64,000 nucleotides of DNA from Mytilus edulis (Eukaryota): NCBI RefSeq assembly GCF_963676685.1, contig NC_092348.1, forward strand, positions 8,866,001 to 8,930,000. Direction: 5' to 3'. A model generated the notes under the pieces. It did no database searches. It was given only the letters and a program-made list of their open reading frames with translations, and was not told where the DNA came from. Numbering within the stretch: position 1 is the first letter of the stretch; every line of letters starts with the position of its first letter. Positions 39,341-52,108 of the stretch are shown piece by piece. A program made the translations under genes and the position numbers.

Positions 39341-40990
39341 GTATGTGCAAAAGAAAAATAAGAAGATTTTGTAAATCCCTGAAATTACAAATGTAACACA
39401 TCTCAAACAATAAAATAAATGGCCTTAATTATAAAAAAACAATAATAAACAAAACGGAAAACCACTGAATTACTTGTTTAAAAACAAAGATCTAAATACG
39501 AAAAATGAACAAGTAAGATGATATCTATACACCAAAAAGGAAAATGGAAATTTGATTTAAAAAGGAGAAGGCAAAATGTAAATTGGTTACGTTTTAGAAA
39601 CAGACTGTTGGATGGAGAGTTATCTTAATGGCACTTATAACATATCTTCTTATATCTATGTAGCTCCTATTTAAAAAGCAACAGTTTGTAAAATATCTAC
39701 AGACATAATTAGGATCAACGCTAAAAGTTGCAATCATGATCAGGTAGGAACACAAAATCTGGTGTTGTATTTCCAGACACTGTACATACGACATGATTCG
39801 ATAGCGCATACCACGTTTTCTGGAATTAACCTTGTCAGATACGCCGGATACCAAATTTTTCAGAAGCCAAAATATAAAATGTTGAAGAGCAAAATTCTAT
39901 ATAACCCAAACAATCCAAAATTAATCTGCATATAAGGCTTTCTTGGCCTAAATACTCGGAATCTTGCCGACAAACAGTCCTAGCTATTAAGCGAGTAGCA
40001 TATAAATGTTCTGTTAATTACAGTAATGTTTTAGTGACAGTAAAGTCATACGTTCGCATCAAACCAAATGACACAAAATCAGATATACAGATTATATTCA
40101 TTCAACGTGTCCGATTCCCGAAGCTTTATATTAAGACAGCGTCAGAAAAAACCCGAATTTTTATACTTTGACATTCAAGTGTTATTGCATGGTAAACTAC
40201 ACCTGTCACATTTCCAGGTATCAGGGTTTGAACTACTAGTATATCCGAACAAAGAACGATAAGCCTAAAGAAATATATCTATATTTGTGAAATACCTTTT
40301 ACGTGACGGTTCGTAAACTCACTAATGCAGCCATACAATTTCAGTTGTGTTAAAACAAATTCAAACAAGTTACAGCGTTGTAACAGTATTGTGTTGTGAC
40401 AATAATCGTATATTTACAAATTATTCACGAAACTCGACACAAAGCTTCATCTAGAAATCTAACATGGGACGCCGGAAAGTGATTACCTACTAATTTTTTG
40501 TTTTGTTAATGCATGTACTATCAACTTATGCATATACTACTGATCCAATACGGGTGTTGCTGATATATATTTTAGAAATTAAAAATATCTTAGAGGCAAC
40601 AGTACTATACCGATGACTAAATCTCTTATCTAAGTTAGGAATACACAAATCAAGATAAAAAGCCCAGCAAATATGAGGGAACCGCATGAACTACAAACGA
40701 AGCGAGAACAGTTGTGTAGACCTGGTAAATAAAGGCAACAGTTGTACACAGCTGTAATCTGTTCAACAGTAGATATGAATAAAAACAAATTTACAGAAAG
40801 ATGAACAATGTTAGCACAAATATACACGAAACAAGCCCCAATATATTCACACTACATTCACAACGGATTGAAGAATCTGAAATGATTGTTTAGTCTTCTA
40901 AAATAATTGATACAAACATGTTCTGTCGATTAGTTTTTTCATACAGACATCTGAACAATTTCAAATTGTTTAAAACGTTTTATATTTCAG

Positions 40991-41096
40991 ATTTGACCAG
41001 TTAATCTGTCGAGTATCTGCAGCTCCTAGAGCCGTGGGATCATTTACTACGGCATTCGTAGTTACTATATATAGTCTTGTAATGCTACACTTGTGA
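40991..41096 (+). CDS. Gene A last coding exon with a GPI-anchor-like signal (FDQLICRVSAAPRAVGSFTTAFVVTIYSLVMLHL*)
   Basis: tttcag acceptor with compatible phase 2. Supplies the closing Cys. Joined CDS is 2655 nt = 884 aa plus stop. Confidence 0.82.
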
Positions 41097-41499
41097 GGCA
41101 TCCAACGAAAAGTGCTAAGTTAAAAACTATGCAAAGACATAATAGTTACTATGGCAACATTGTTATACACAAATGTGTAGTGAAACTTAAAATCGTTAAA
41201 AGAAAACTAAACTATTGAAGACAAGAGATATGATGATGTAGACAGTGATTTAATCTAACTTTGTTTAATATTTGCAGCTGACATAATAACAAATATTTTC
41301 ATTGTACATATATTAACATATTCATATCACAAAAAAACTTGTATAGTCATGCATGTGTACTTATTTTAATTGCATCAGATAGTTACATCTACTGCTTGAT
41401 TTATAGTGACCATCATCACCTGCTCGTTTTGTGCTTTATTGTATACATAACTTTCTAATAACGATTGTTTGCATCTCACAAATAATTTCCAACCATCTG

Positions 41500-43495
41500 C
41501 ACCGTGTAGAACGCCACATGCGGGGTGTCGGCTATGTTTGACATGGGGTGGCAATTTTGAAGCGACGAAAAAGTAACAAGGTAAGTTCAAGCATCAAAAT
41601 TTCTCATTTCTAAAAACTCTCAGTACCATATAATGTATTGCACGGAAGGAACCGCAACATAATCTATTTCCTGAAAGCAGAAGCAGTCGTTTTCAGTGCT
41701 CAGTTTTCTCAAACAACTCGCCCTAGTTTTCCGTGTTGCAGATTCTGAGGCTTTATATGCAAATTTCGGTATAAAAAACTACTTTACACAGCCATCAACC
41801 GTATCATTTATATAGAATTGTATTCCTCTCATTGACTTATACCAAATACCAGTTTCTTAGTTAAAATTAATTGGTTTTAAAACTGTTATTCATCAAAATA
41901 TAAAGTGTCGCTCGGGGTGTCAGATTTTGCGTCGCAAGGGGTAGAGGCTTGTCATAAAAAATAATATTAGTCTTCATATGATACATTTTATTTCAAACAC
42001 ATCTACTTTACTATGACAAAACAAGGATTTTTCATTTTGCCTGTTTTTGGTCTTATAAAATATATGCTTTTGATTTCATTCACATCTACTTTACCATGAC
42101 AAAGTAAGGGTTTTTCATTTTGCCTGTTTTTGGTCTTATAATAGTTATCAAAGGTACCAGGATTATAATTTAGTACGCCAGACGCGCGTTTCGTATACAT
42201 AAGACTCATCAGTGACGCTCATATCAAAATATTTATAAAGCCAAACAAGTACAAAGTTGAAGAGCATTGATGATCCAAATTCCAAAAAGTTGTGCCAAAT
42301 ATATCTAAGGTAATCTATGCCTGGGTTAAGAAAATCGTTAGTTTTTCGAAAACATGTGCTTTTGATTTCATTCATAGTAAAAATGGCTTAAAATATTTAG
42401 TTTTCAAGCTGGTAAACGATTTCTTTTCCTTTTCAGTCACTATCATGGTAAAAAAGTCAAGGCTATGGCTCAATAAACCAAAACATCATAAAATAGTCCT
42501 CAATATAAGATATGCCCGAAGCCTCCACCAGCCAAAATGCATCATAGTTCATCACCAGGTTCATCTAAAAAGCACTCGTGCACGCCGCAAAAATCCATTA
42601 CTCCTAAAGAATTAGAACACTCTCTTCAATGAAACACTCGCCGGCATCTTTTTCAGCGAATGACAACACAACTTCAAGTAATCCTGAAGACGATGATACT
42701 ACAATTGTCAATGAGAAAACAACGACTTGTACACAAATATACAACGGAACAGGTTTACAATAAAAAATGATTTAAGACAGTTATTTCGTTCGTAATCGCC
42801 CAGCTAGAATTATCCGTTTTCTGTTACACATCTATCATTTCATATCTACTTTGAAGGTCTACTCTGACTATATACATATCTCTAAATGAACCGGAATTGA
42901 ATAAAATTTGAAGAATTTGATGTAACCTGTGTTTTTCTAGGTTAAATTTCTGTTACATTTATGTTCATATTTGTGTAGGTGTGTTTGAATTTAAAAAGTA
43001 TCAGATAGAGATCGATTTATAAGAAAATGTATTCTTTTTTTATGACAAGCCTCTACCCCTTGCGACGCAAAATCTGACACCCCGAGCGACACTTTATATT
43101 TTGATGAATAACAGTTGTAAAACCAATTAATTTTAACTAAGAAACTGGTATTTGGTATAAGTCAATGAGAGGAATAAAATTCTATATAAACGATACGGGG
43201 GATGGCTGTGTAAAGTAGTTTTTATACCGAAATTTGCATATAAAGCCTCAAAATCTGCAACACGGAAAACTAGGGCGAGGTGTTTGAGAAAACTGAGCAC
43301 TGAAAACGACTGCTTCTGCTTTCAGGAAATATATTATGTTGAGGTTCCTTCCGTGCAATACATTATATGGTACTGAGAGTTCTAGAAATAAGAAATTTTG
43401 ATGCTTGAACTTACCTTGTTACTTTTTCGTCGCTTCAAAATTGCCACCCCATGTCAAACATAGCCGACACCCCGCAAGTGGCGTTCTACACGGTG
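41500..43495. mobile_element. Non-autonomous DNA transposon with ~460-bp TIRs, CACCGTG termini and a 5-bp TSD (Transib/RAG-type signature)
   Basis: 41500-41961 is the near-perfect reverse complement of ~43036-43495. TSD atctg at 41495-41499 and 43496-43500. The element itself is well supported; the superfamily is inferred from termini and TSD. Confidence 0.88.
42174..42218 (-). ncRNA. Type I hammerhead ribozyme motif in a retrozyme fragment (~42141-42348)
   Basis: Minus strand reads gcgtca-CTGATGA-gtc-ttatgta-tac-GAAA-cgcgcg-TC-tggcgta. The core is intact, with one stem II mismatch. Confidence 0.85.
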
Positions 43496-44959
43496 ATCTG
43501 TTAAACCTAATGATATCGTGCTACAAACTTCATTTTAAGGGTTTCCGAAAGCAAATAATCAACTTTGCTATTTGTGTTCAAATATGAGCTCAGGTATAAA
43601 TTTTTCTGTTCTTTCTGAACTGTTTTTTTCTTTTTGTAGAGTAAATGAATCTGAAATAATAATATACTTTGTGACGCCTTGCCTTACGTGGCCTTCTTTT
43701 GTTGCATGTTTGTTTTTAACGTTGATTTTACTTTAAAAGACAAGTCCTTTTTGAGAGGTTAAGAGATGAGTTTAACGATCTACAAGGACAGGAGCAAATG
43801 TTTCTAGTAAAACAATGTATTTTAATGAACACCCGCATTGAATCAAATTCGAAACGTAGAATTCATACATCTGTTAATTTTGATTGTGTATTTTACCATT
43901 ATGTAGACTGTCCCTGTCTTTTTTTTTGCATTTGCGATTGATATATTAAATGAAATAAATAAAAACAACTAATTGGAATCATACAAATCATACAAATATT
44001 TTGACCGGAATGTATATTTTTTCATTACTCGGTATCACCAATATTTTGTCCTTTAATTTGGGAATAATAATCATAGATTTTTTTCTTTCAGGTAATATTT
44101 AGTTATCAGGAATAGTTTATGTTTGTAAATATAAAACTGTATTATATGTAAATATGATGCTGTATATTATTTATACCTTTGCTAATGATTATTATAATAT
44201 TTTTTTAAGAATGAATATAAATTTATTATAAAAATTAATATTTTTGATTTTCTGCATTAATTCAAATAATTCTCAAAGCAACTAGTCCCGTCAAATATTA
44301 TAATTGATAATCGGAAATAGTACAGAAAAATAATTTTGACATCACCTCATCTAAAATAGTCCTTTCGTGTCTTTTGACATATGAGTTAAGACAGTATTAG
44401 TTTATTGATGTGCAAACCGCATAAAACAATTGAGTAATTGAAGTTCAAGGAAACAACAAAATCTGTGGGAATTACATGAACGTTTCAAAAGGAGCAAGCG
44501 CTGTTTCTTATCTGTTGTGTGTGTGTGTGTTTTGTTGTTGTGTAATAACAAATTTTGTGTCATGAATGGATACTCCACACCCTTTTTTTCTATTTAGACC
44601 AAGTATGTCGACCGGGTAATGCTTTCTTGCTATACATAAATCGCTCCGTCAAAATGTCACTCACAGGAATAGGACACCATCGATAGATTTATGAATATAA
44701 ATCTGTGATTTTAAGTAAGATACTGCTAACGGAGTCTGTATAGTGTGCATATACAAGAGTTTGTAATGTAATTGTAATTGAGAGGGTATGTAACTGCTGA
44801 TAAATGGTAATTTGAAAATATCAGGTTTGTACAAACCTCTCTCAAATTGTTTGCTAATAAATCTATAAATTATCAAGTAATTAAGGTAAAACTCCCTCAG
44901 GAAAAGTTGCGTTTGGTTAGATTTGGCAACATTGTTTTTAGTGTCTTTTTTTCCATAAA

Positions 44960-45540
44960 AAAGAGGAACGAAAGATACCAGAGGGACAGTCAAACTCATA
45001 GATCGACAATAAACTGACAACGCCATGGCTAAAACATAAAAAGACAAACAGGCAAACAATAGTACACCAGACACAACATAGAAAACTAAAGACTAAACAA
45101 AACGAACTCAACCAAAAACTTGGAGTGATCTCAGGTGCTCCAGAAGAGTAAGCAGATCCTGCTCCACATGTGGCACACGTCGTGTTGCTAATATTATTAC
45201 AACCCCATAAATAGTTTAATTCGGTATATCACATTCGCGGTGTAAGGGAAAGTGGATTGTAGTTACGACATAAGGTACATATCCGCTATCATCTGTGAAA
45301 CGGTTATTCCATCACGTCAACCAACTCGTGATGTCGTTTGTAAAATTTACGACGGGATGATTTCAACTTCACCATTTGGAAGTTTTGGTTTAATAGCTTC
45401 TTTGTGATCAGCAACCCTCTATCAAGGAATTCGTGATTTAAAATACAAGCCCGGGAATGTCGTATCAATTGAGAGATGTATACTCCGTATGCAGGCGCTG
45501 CTGGAATGTTGCTACAAAGAAATGGAAAGTTCACAACGGT
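44960..45540 (-). mobile_element. Penelope-like element remnant: RT C-terminal/thumb coding fragment plus 3' region
   Basis: ORF 45304-45534 reads NFPFLCSNIPAAPAYGVYISQLIR.SRAC...FLDRGLL...LLNQ. The terminal block gaaagataccagagggacagtcaaactcata also occurs at 34350-34500. Confidence 0.7.
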
Positions 45541-48500
45541 ATCTCAGCGGATATAAAAAGAGTAAAAGGTAAATAATGCATTTTTGCAACAACAACCTTT
45601 CTGTAAAACGCCATGAATGCATGCGACTCAAAAAGGAAAGTAGTATTTGTGTTTTCCTATGCGAAACCTTACATGTTGCTAAATTAAATGCTTATATACG
45701 TCAATAGGGCATAGCACTGGGACAATGTAAGTTCAACATTTATGTGATGATTAGCAACATATACAGGAAATACCGGTCAATCAAGTCATGATTGCAAAAT
45801 GATTAAAACCGATGACATATGAACCCCTTTTGAATGTACTGTTTATAAGGTAAACATGGTGAACAATTACTTACATAATGTGAACAATATCATAATTCTG
45901 ACAGACGAATTGATTAAAATAGCTTTAACTTCAATAGCTATCCTACAATGTATATTTAGAACTAAAGAATGCTTCTCTATTACACATCAGAGAACAGCCA
46001 TCCCTTTATGTAAAACATACAGCTTTTGAAAGACCTTCGGAGTAATGTATTTAGAAGTTAATTTAGTTGTTACACAACTTTATACCAGTCTTCTCCTCAA
46101 AATTATTTTTGAGTCGCCTCCCATTGATAAACTTTGGACATGTTTTCTTAGACAAACTATAGCCAGAAAACACATATAAGAGAGTTGTCTACGACTACAT
46201 GTACGTCGTGTTCATTATTGGCGTCGCAAAAGATACGGGGGAATCAATGGAAAAAAGTAAACCGCATGCTTTGCTTTCATATCATTGTCAGAACTGCTAC
46301 AACAATTATTTAACGCTTAACGCTGTTAACTGTATCGTAATGTTGTGGATCTATTATACAGCACACCATTTATCAACATTCGAATTTTCCGAGAAATGGT
46401 CTTTATGTGAATAGTGTCAACTTTTTGAAAGGCATATTGCGAAATCAAAAATTGTCACATTGACGTTGACATAGATGTAGAAATCGGAGCGACTGTGTCC
46501 GACAAATTTAAGCTGCATCATTCCATCGTACTACTAAAAAGTCAAAACACAAAAATACTGAACTCCGAGGAAAATTCAAAAAGGAAAATCCAAAATCAAA
46601 ATGCAAAATCAAAAGTCCAAACACATCCTAAACGTCATTATTGACTTGGCCGTCCAGCTGTTTGACACACGAGCGCCATTGCTTTATTTTAATAATTTTG
46701 AAAACAACACGGTTGTCTGCAAAATTCAACACCTTGTATATTTGATGACATTTTTGAGACGGTGATGCTTTTGTTGCTCCGTAAAGACTAAATCATTCTT
46801 AATTGTTCAACCCACAATTTTTTCTTAAAATGTCCTGTGCAAAGTCAGGAAAATGGTAGTTGTTATCTTATAGTTCGTTTCTGTGTGTGTTGCTTTGTCG
46901 TTTGTTTTTGTTGCACTTCAGTGTTTATGTTGTTCCTTTGTATTCATCTTATAGTTGATTTGTTTCCCTAGGTTTTCATTTGTGACTCGTTTTTGTTTAC
47001 TCTCAATCGATTTATGACTTTGGACAGTGGCATACTACTGTTGCTTTTATTTCTATAATACCATTAAAGTCTCACAAATAAATTACATACTACTCTCCAA
47101 ATTTGCACATTTAATTCAAGATCTAGATCAATTGTTATCTGCTTCTTTAAAATTCAAGATGGACAGTCGCCTTACAATTCAGTTCAAGAGACATGGAAGC
47201 AATAATAGATTTTACCAATTGTTGCAATGTATTTATCACCTTCTGGCTCCGAGCTTGATTTCCACTATGTATACGTACCTTGAACACTGGATTAGATTAA
47301 ATGTATTTTTACAGCACAAACTGACTAGTTGTGTTTTTTTTCTATTCTTTATTGGTCACCAATTTAAGATATTGTTTGTATTGTTTGTCTGACTTGTTAC
47401 GGTGTCTAAACTGTCATGATTGTTTTAAATAGAGTTCTTATTTCTACAAATGTTCAGTTGTAAAAATGTATGTGACTGGTACTCAAATAAATTAAATGTG
47501 AATGCATATCAGATAACCGCGTCAGACGCATGTAATTGATAAAGTGTTTTTTTTTCATTTTATTTGTCCTTTCATTTCAAATTGCGAAAAATCCAAATGC
47601 GTCGCATAAGAACTATTTGGTTGAATCACTTATTCCTAATACAAATTACAGAACATAATAGATTTCAACAACAACAAATCTTTATTGATCAAAGTAACAC
47701 AAAATAACATCAAAAGCACAAATAATAACAAAAATAACAATTAATAACTTTAGTTTTTGTTTACATGTGTTTATACAAACATATTTCATCTAGTGACAAT
47801 TTATGCATTGGCAAAAATCAGTGCCAGGTTATAACATATCAGTCCCAGGTTATAACTTATCAAACTATTACGTTCCATTGTTGAGATACATTCACCCATC
47901 ACAAGAGTCAAAATGTACCAAGTCAGGAATATGACAAATGTTATCTATTCGTTTGATGTGTTTGCGGTTTTGTTTTTGCCATTTGATTACATACATTTCG
48001 TTTTGGATTTTTCTTTTTATACTACCTAGAGCAAGCCAAAATTCATTTTTGCCCCTATTTTTTTATATGAATTTTCAGAATTTTGGTCTAGGTCGAACCT
48101 GGTGTCTGTACGTAATTCGGTCAAGAAACACGTATTATGCGCGCAAAATCGAAAGAGCTTATTATACGTTTATATAATACTGTTCGGTATTATATTAACA
48201 AACAGAAATAATACTATCTATCCATCAGTATTACAAGTGTTCCTATAAAATACAATTAATATACTGGTGATCATCCCTTCCAAATTTTCTAAAAAGCAGT
48301 TGTATATCAAAGTTTAACATAGATGGCAACGACTGTTACATAGCAATAACATAAATTTAAGATTACACATGCGGATCATGTTAATCGAATTAAAAATAAT
48401 GATTATGCAATGATTGAGTATCATAGAGATGCTGCAGAAAAACAAACAATGAATATCATTGAAAATAAAATGTTTGGCAGCATTTTGCAATTGTCTGTAG

Positions 48501-48887
48501 TTGTATTCAACAAGTTCAGAATGTCATGAATTATCGGCACCAAATTATATCATATCAATGAGAAAACAGATGGATGAATACGTTCACGACTCGAGGTTCA
48601 CGATGACAAATAATGTGCACAAGGTAATGGTTGCAGTCAGCAGAAAACTTGTCATGTCACATTGTATCCTCTAGTTGACCACTGTAAAATCGCGTATGCG
48701 CATGTCTTTGGTCCTCTATTTACGCCATATTGGAAATTTCATCCTTCATATTCTCTCTTACTCAAAGCAGCAAAGTACGACACAAAGTAAAAACGTAGAG
48801 TAGATTTGTTTTACTAGTGAGATCATTGCCTATGAACACATTATATTTGAGATAATCATTCAAATCTCATTTCAGTTCACATCGGGA

Positions 48888-48986
48888 TTACTCACATTCG
48901 GAAACACCAGTGTATTTAGGCAAAGTCAGTATACCAGCTGTATTGTCTACATTCTTGATACAACCTTCGAAATGTCCAGGTTTACC
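48888..48986 (-). CDS. Gene B exon 5, end of the laminin G domain (GKPGHFEGCIKNV...VSECE*)
   Basis: tttttag acceptor, phase 0. Contains the LamG hallmark FxGCI and a terminal Cys; TAA at 48888-48890. Confidence 0.9.
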   Translation of the reverse strand, partial: GKPGHFEGCIKNVDNTAGILTLPKYTGVSECE

Positions 48987-49189
48987 CTAAAAATAAACAA
49001 ATGATATTGAATTGTAAACTTTGTAATGTACAATACTGTTAGTTATTAATTATAGATATATCAAAAATAAGACTTCCAACACAGTCTACACACCAACTAA
49101 GTGATACATATATATTTCTCTTAATCGAAGTATCCCTTTCCTGAACTGTTGATTATTCTTATTCAATCAGCGTGTGATTCGTTTGATAT

Positions 49190-49890
49190 CGGTTTTTCAT
49201 TGGTCAAAATTCATTTATGACGTTTTTTAAATTTAAAATGTTCTGGCTTTCCTTTGAAATTCCTATTGTGAAGTCATGAGAAAAGGCGACCATGCCTGTT
49301 GACGTCACGTAGAGAGAATACATCTTTTTTGCAGGTCATTCGAAAGAACAGGACTCTAATTGTCTACACACCGTCCCAAAATCATTAAAGAAACATATTC
49401 CACCACAACGCATTACGATATTTATTCACTTTCGACAGTTAAACTTTAAATATTCAAAAACAATAATGTCCCAAGTACACTGATGCCCCATCTGAACTAT
49501 CATTTTTTTTATGTTCAGTGTGACCGTGAAAATGGGATAAAATCACTAATTTGGCATTAAAATTAGAAAGATTATATCATAGGGAACATGTTTCCTAAGT
49601 TTCAAGTTGATTGGACTTTAACTTCATCGAAAACTACCTCGACCAAAAACTTTTACCTGAAGCGGGACTAACTGTCGATAGTGGATAAATATCCCATCGC
49701 ACGAGATTTGGAGGTGGACAATGATTTACAGAAGATGTGCAATGCACAAATCCTACTTTTCGAATGATTTGCAAACAGATGCGTGCTTTCAATATGACGC
49801 AATCAGTCAATGTCGCTTTTTTTCAAGACGTCACAATAGCAAATTCAAGGAAAGTTCGACGTTAAAATCAAATTTTAGCCAATGAAGGTT
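49190..49890. repeat. Degenerate inverted-repeat (foldback) element with a truncated HINE 5' fragment (49460-49668) at its centre
   Basis: atttattcactttcgacagtta pairs with taactgtcgatagtggataaat; ctttcctttgaaattcctattgtgaagtc pairs with gacgtcacaatagcaaattcaaggaaag. Confidence 0.65.
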
Positions 49891-51262
49891 TGAGACGATA
49901 TATGTTGACAAAACAAAAATAAGGATACTATAGGAAAATTGTTATACAAAGGAGAAAGAATCCTATTGTACTTTACATTAAAACGGATATACAAAACCTG
50001 CATTTGAACTGAAGAGTGCCCGAATTAAGTTTTGATAAAATATATACTTTGAATAAAACGTTTCAGCAAAACTAGTATTTTTGTAAATGTGTCTGTTATT
50101 AAATATTTGTTATTTGACAACAGGCAAGTATAAACTATGTAAAATTTAAAACACTAAAAAATGGGGAACTTTTATGAATGCTGTCGTATTTCAATTATTA
50201 TGTGTATGGGCGGATTTAATATTGTTTAAATTTGAATACTGACATTTTCATTGCAAGGTTTCGATTTTGAAGCACTGTTTATGACCAAATTAACACCAAA
50301 GCAAGTGTCAATTTTCAAGATCATGAAAATCAATACTTGTAAATATAACTGATTATGATGTGTATTGAATATTATTTTGACACTTTGACATACAAAGTTA
50401 ATTTACTTTTTTCAATTAGCCAACTTATTGAAGTCCTTCATTTAAATAACTGATTGATTAAACGTACTCAAATATAAGAACTGTATATACGATTTTAAAA
50501 TAGCATTGAATTTATGTTAACGAACATTATTGAGAGTTAATTTGATGAAACGTGTCAAAAAGTGACATTTAACATACAGTGCAACGAAAGTACATATAAA
50601 TATAGTATGCCACGTGCCATAAAATTGTTTAATAAATATGTGGTTTTATTCATTTTGTTCGATAACGTCCTTGTTATTAAGTTATAATTAGCCAAAGTGC
50701 AAAAAGATACGAAGGCAAAATGACGTAACAAGACAAACACCGCCATGACCAAAACTAATAAAGATTTCTAATCGAAGAACGGAAATTACCATCCTTATGA
50801 AAAGTTCTGGATCCGCCACTGCGACATCCTCTCCAGTTTGGGCTATTTTTATATATGTTATAACTGAAGCTAATGATACGAAAAATTATTTCCAAAACAG
50901 GATAGACTATTATTTGTTAGGTTTCATATTACTTTTTTAAACAAAGAGTTCTTTATATATCCCACCTCGTTCGTTATGCCCGTGTGTGTAGTGATGTCAT
51001 AGATTTTAACGGGCGTAATCATGGTTTATTGGTTTTGAAAACCAAATTTAAACGTCTAGATGTTGTTTTTTTTGTGATTTTCCTTCTCTTTTAACAAAAT
51101 AGTTAGAATATGCAATGCGATAAAATGACAGATAAAGATCCAGTATGTATCTTGACGGATCTTAAGATTGTCAAATATATATGTTTTGCATTTAGGTAGA
51201 CAATGAGTATGAGTATAAATTGTTACTAATCATATTATGCTACAATATTAAGTTATTCATAC

Positions 51263-51418
51263 CTCGAAACTATCGACGAAATCTGCATCACTAGGATGAA
51301 TACCACCCAACGTCATGGAGGCAAATCCTTCAGTGTCACATGCAATTCTATAGTTCTGGAAATAATGTTTACCATCAACAATCAAACGTCCACGCTTCCT
51401 CTTCCGTCTGAACACAAT
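51263..51418 (-). CDS. Gene B exon 4 (IVFRRKRKRGRLIVDG...MTLGGIHP...)
   Basis: ttttttacag acceptor and gtatga donor, phases 0/0. LamG LxVDG and lGG motifs. Confidence 0.9.
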
Positions 51419-52108
51419 CTGTAAAAAAATAACAGCACAAATAAACAGACTGGGAGTAAACGTACATAATTCAGGTTATGAATGTTCATTTTAATGCATT
51501 TATTCACGTCTTTAGAATCCATTATCAAGCTAAAAGGAACTGAAAGTCAAAATATATATCAGGATGTATATTTTGATTTTTGTTGTAAGGAAAGTTATAA
51601 CTTTTTCGTAACTTACTTCGAATATCTATTTTAGCCATCTTTACTAAGGAAATTCTGATGATATGTATTGATATTTTGGTCATTTCCATATTTTGTGAAA
51701 TACCTAAGAACGTAGTTAGAAAATGACTTTCAATTCGATGAAGACAGACCTATGATTAATATATACGAGACAACTTTCCTTAAATATGAAAGAAAATAAC
51801 CTCAATCATGTTTAACCACATAGCATTCTTTATTTGCTTGTCCCAAGGCAATTACCAGTTATTCAGCTGGTTGTAGGTGGTTCAAGTCTGTCATTTAGTT
51901 TTTCGTAATTTGTGTATTGTATAAATCGGGCCGTTAGTTTTCTCATTTTTTTCTCTCACATTTTTCATGCCTTGGTCTATCAAAGCTGACTATAGATTTC
52001 GTCGTAGTTAAAGGCCGTACAGTGACCTATAATTGCTTTAATCTTCGTGGTGGCTAATTGTCTTATTGGCAATCATAATATCGCTCTTTATTTCAATGAT
52101 AAACTTAC

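Noticed and set aside
41500-41545. Complete 12/23 recombination signal sequence
   Set aside because: The end is heptamer-like, but there is no ACAAAAACC-like nonamer at either spacing and both ends are symmetric.
41375-43587. Paired ORFs MNLPCYFFVASKLPPH... on opposite strands
   Set aside because: They are mirror translations of the transposon TIRs.
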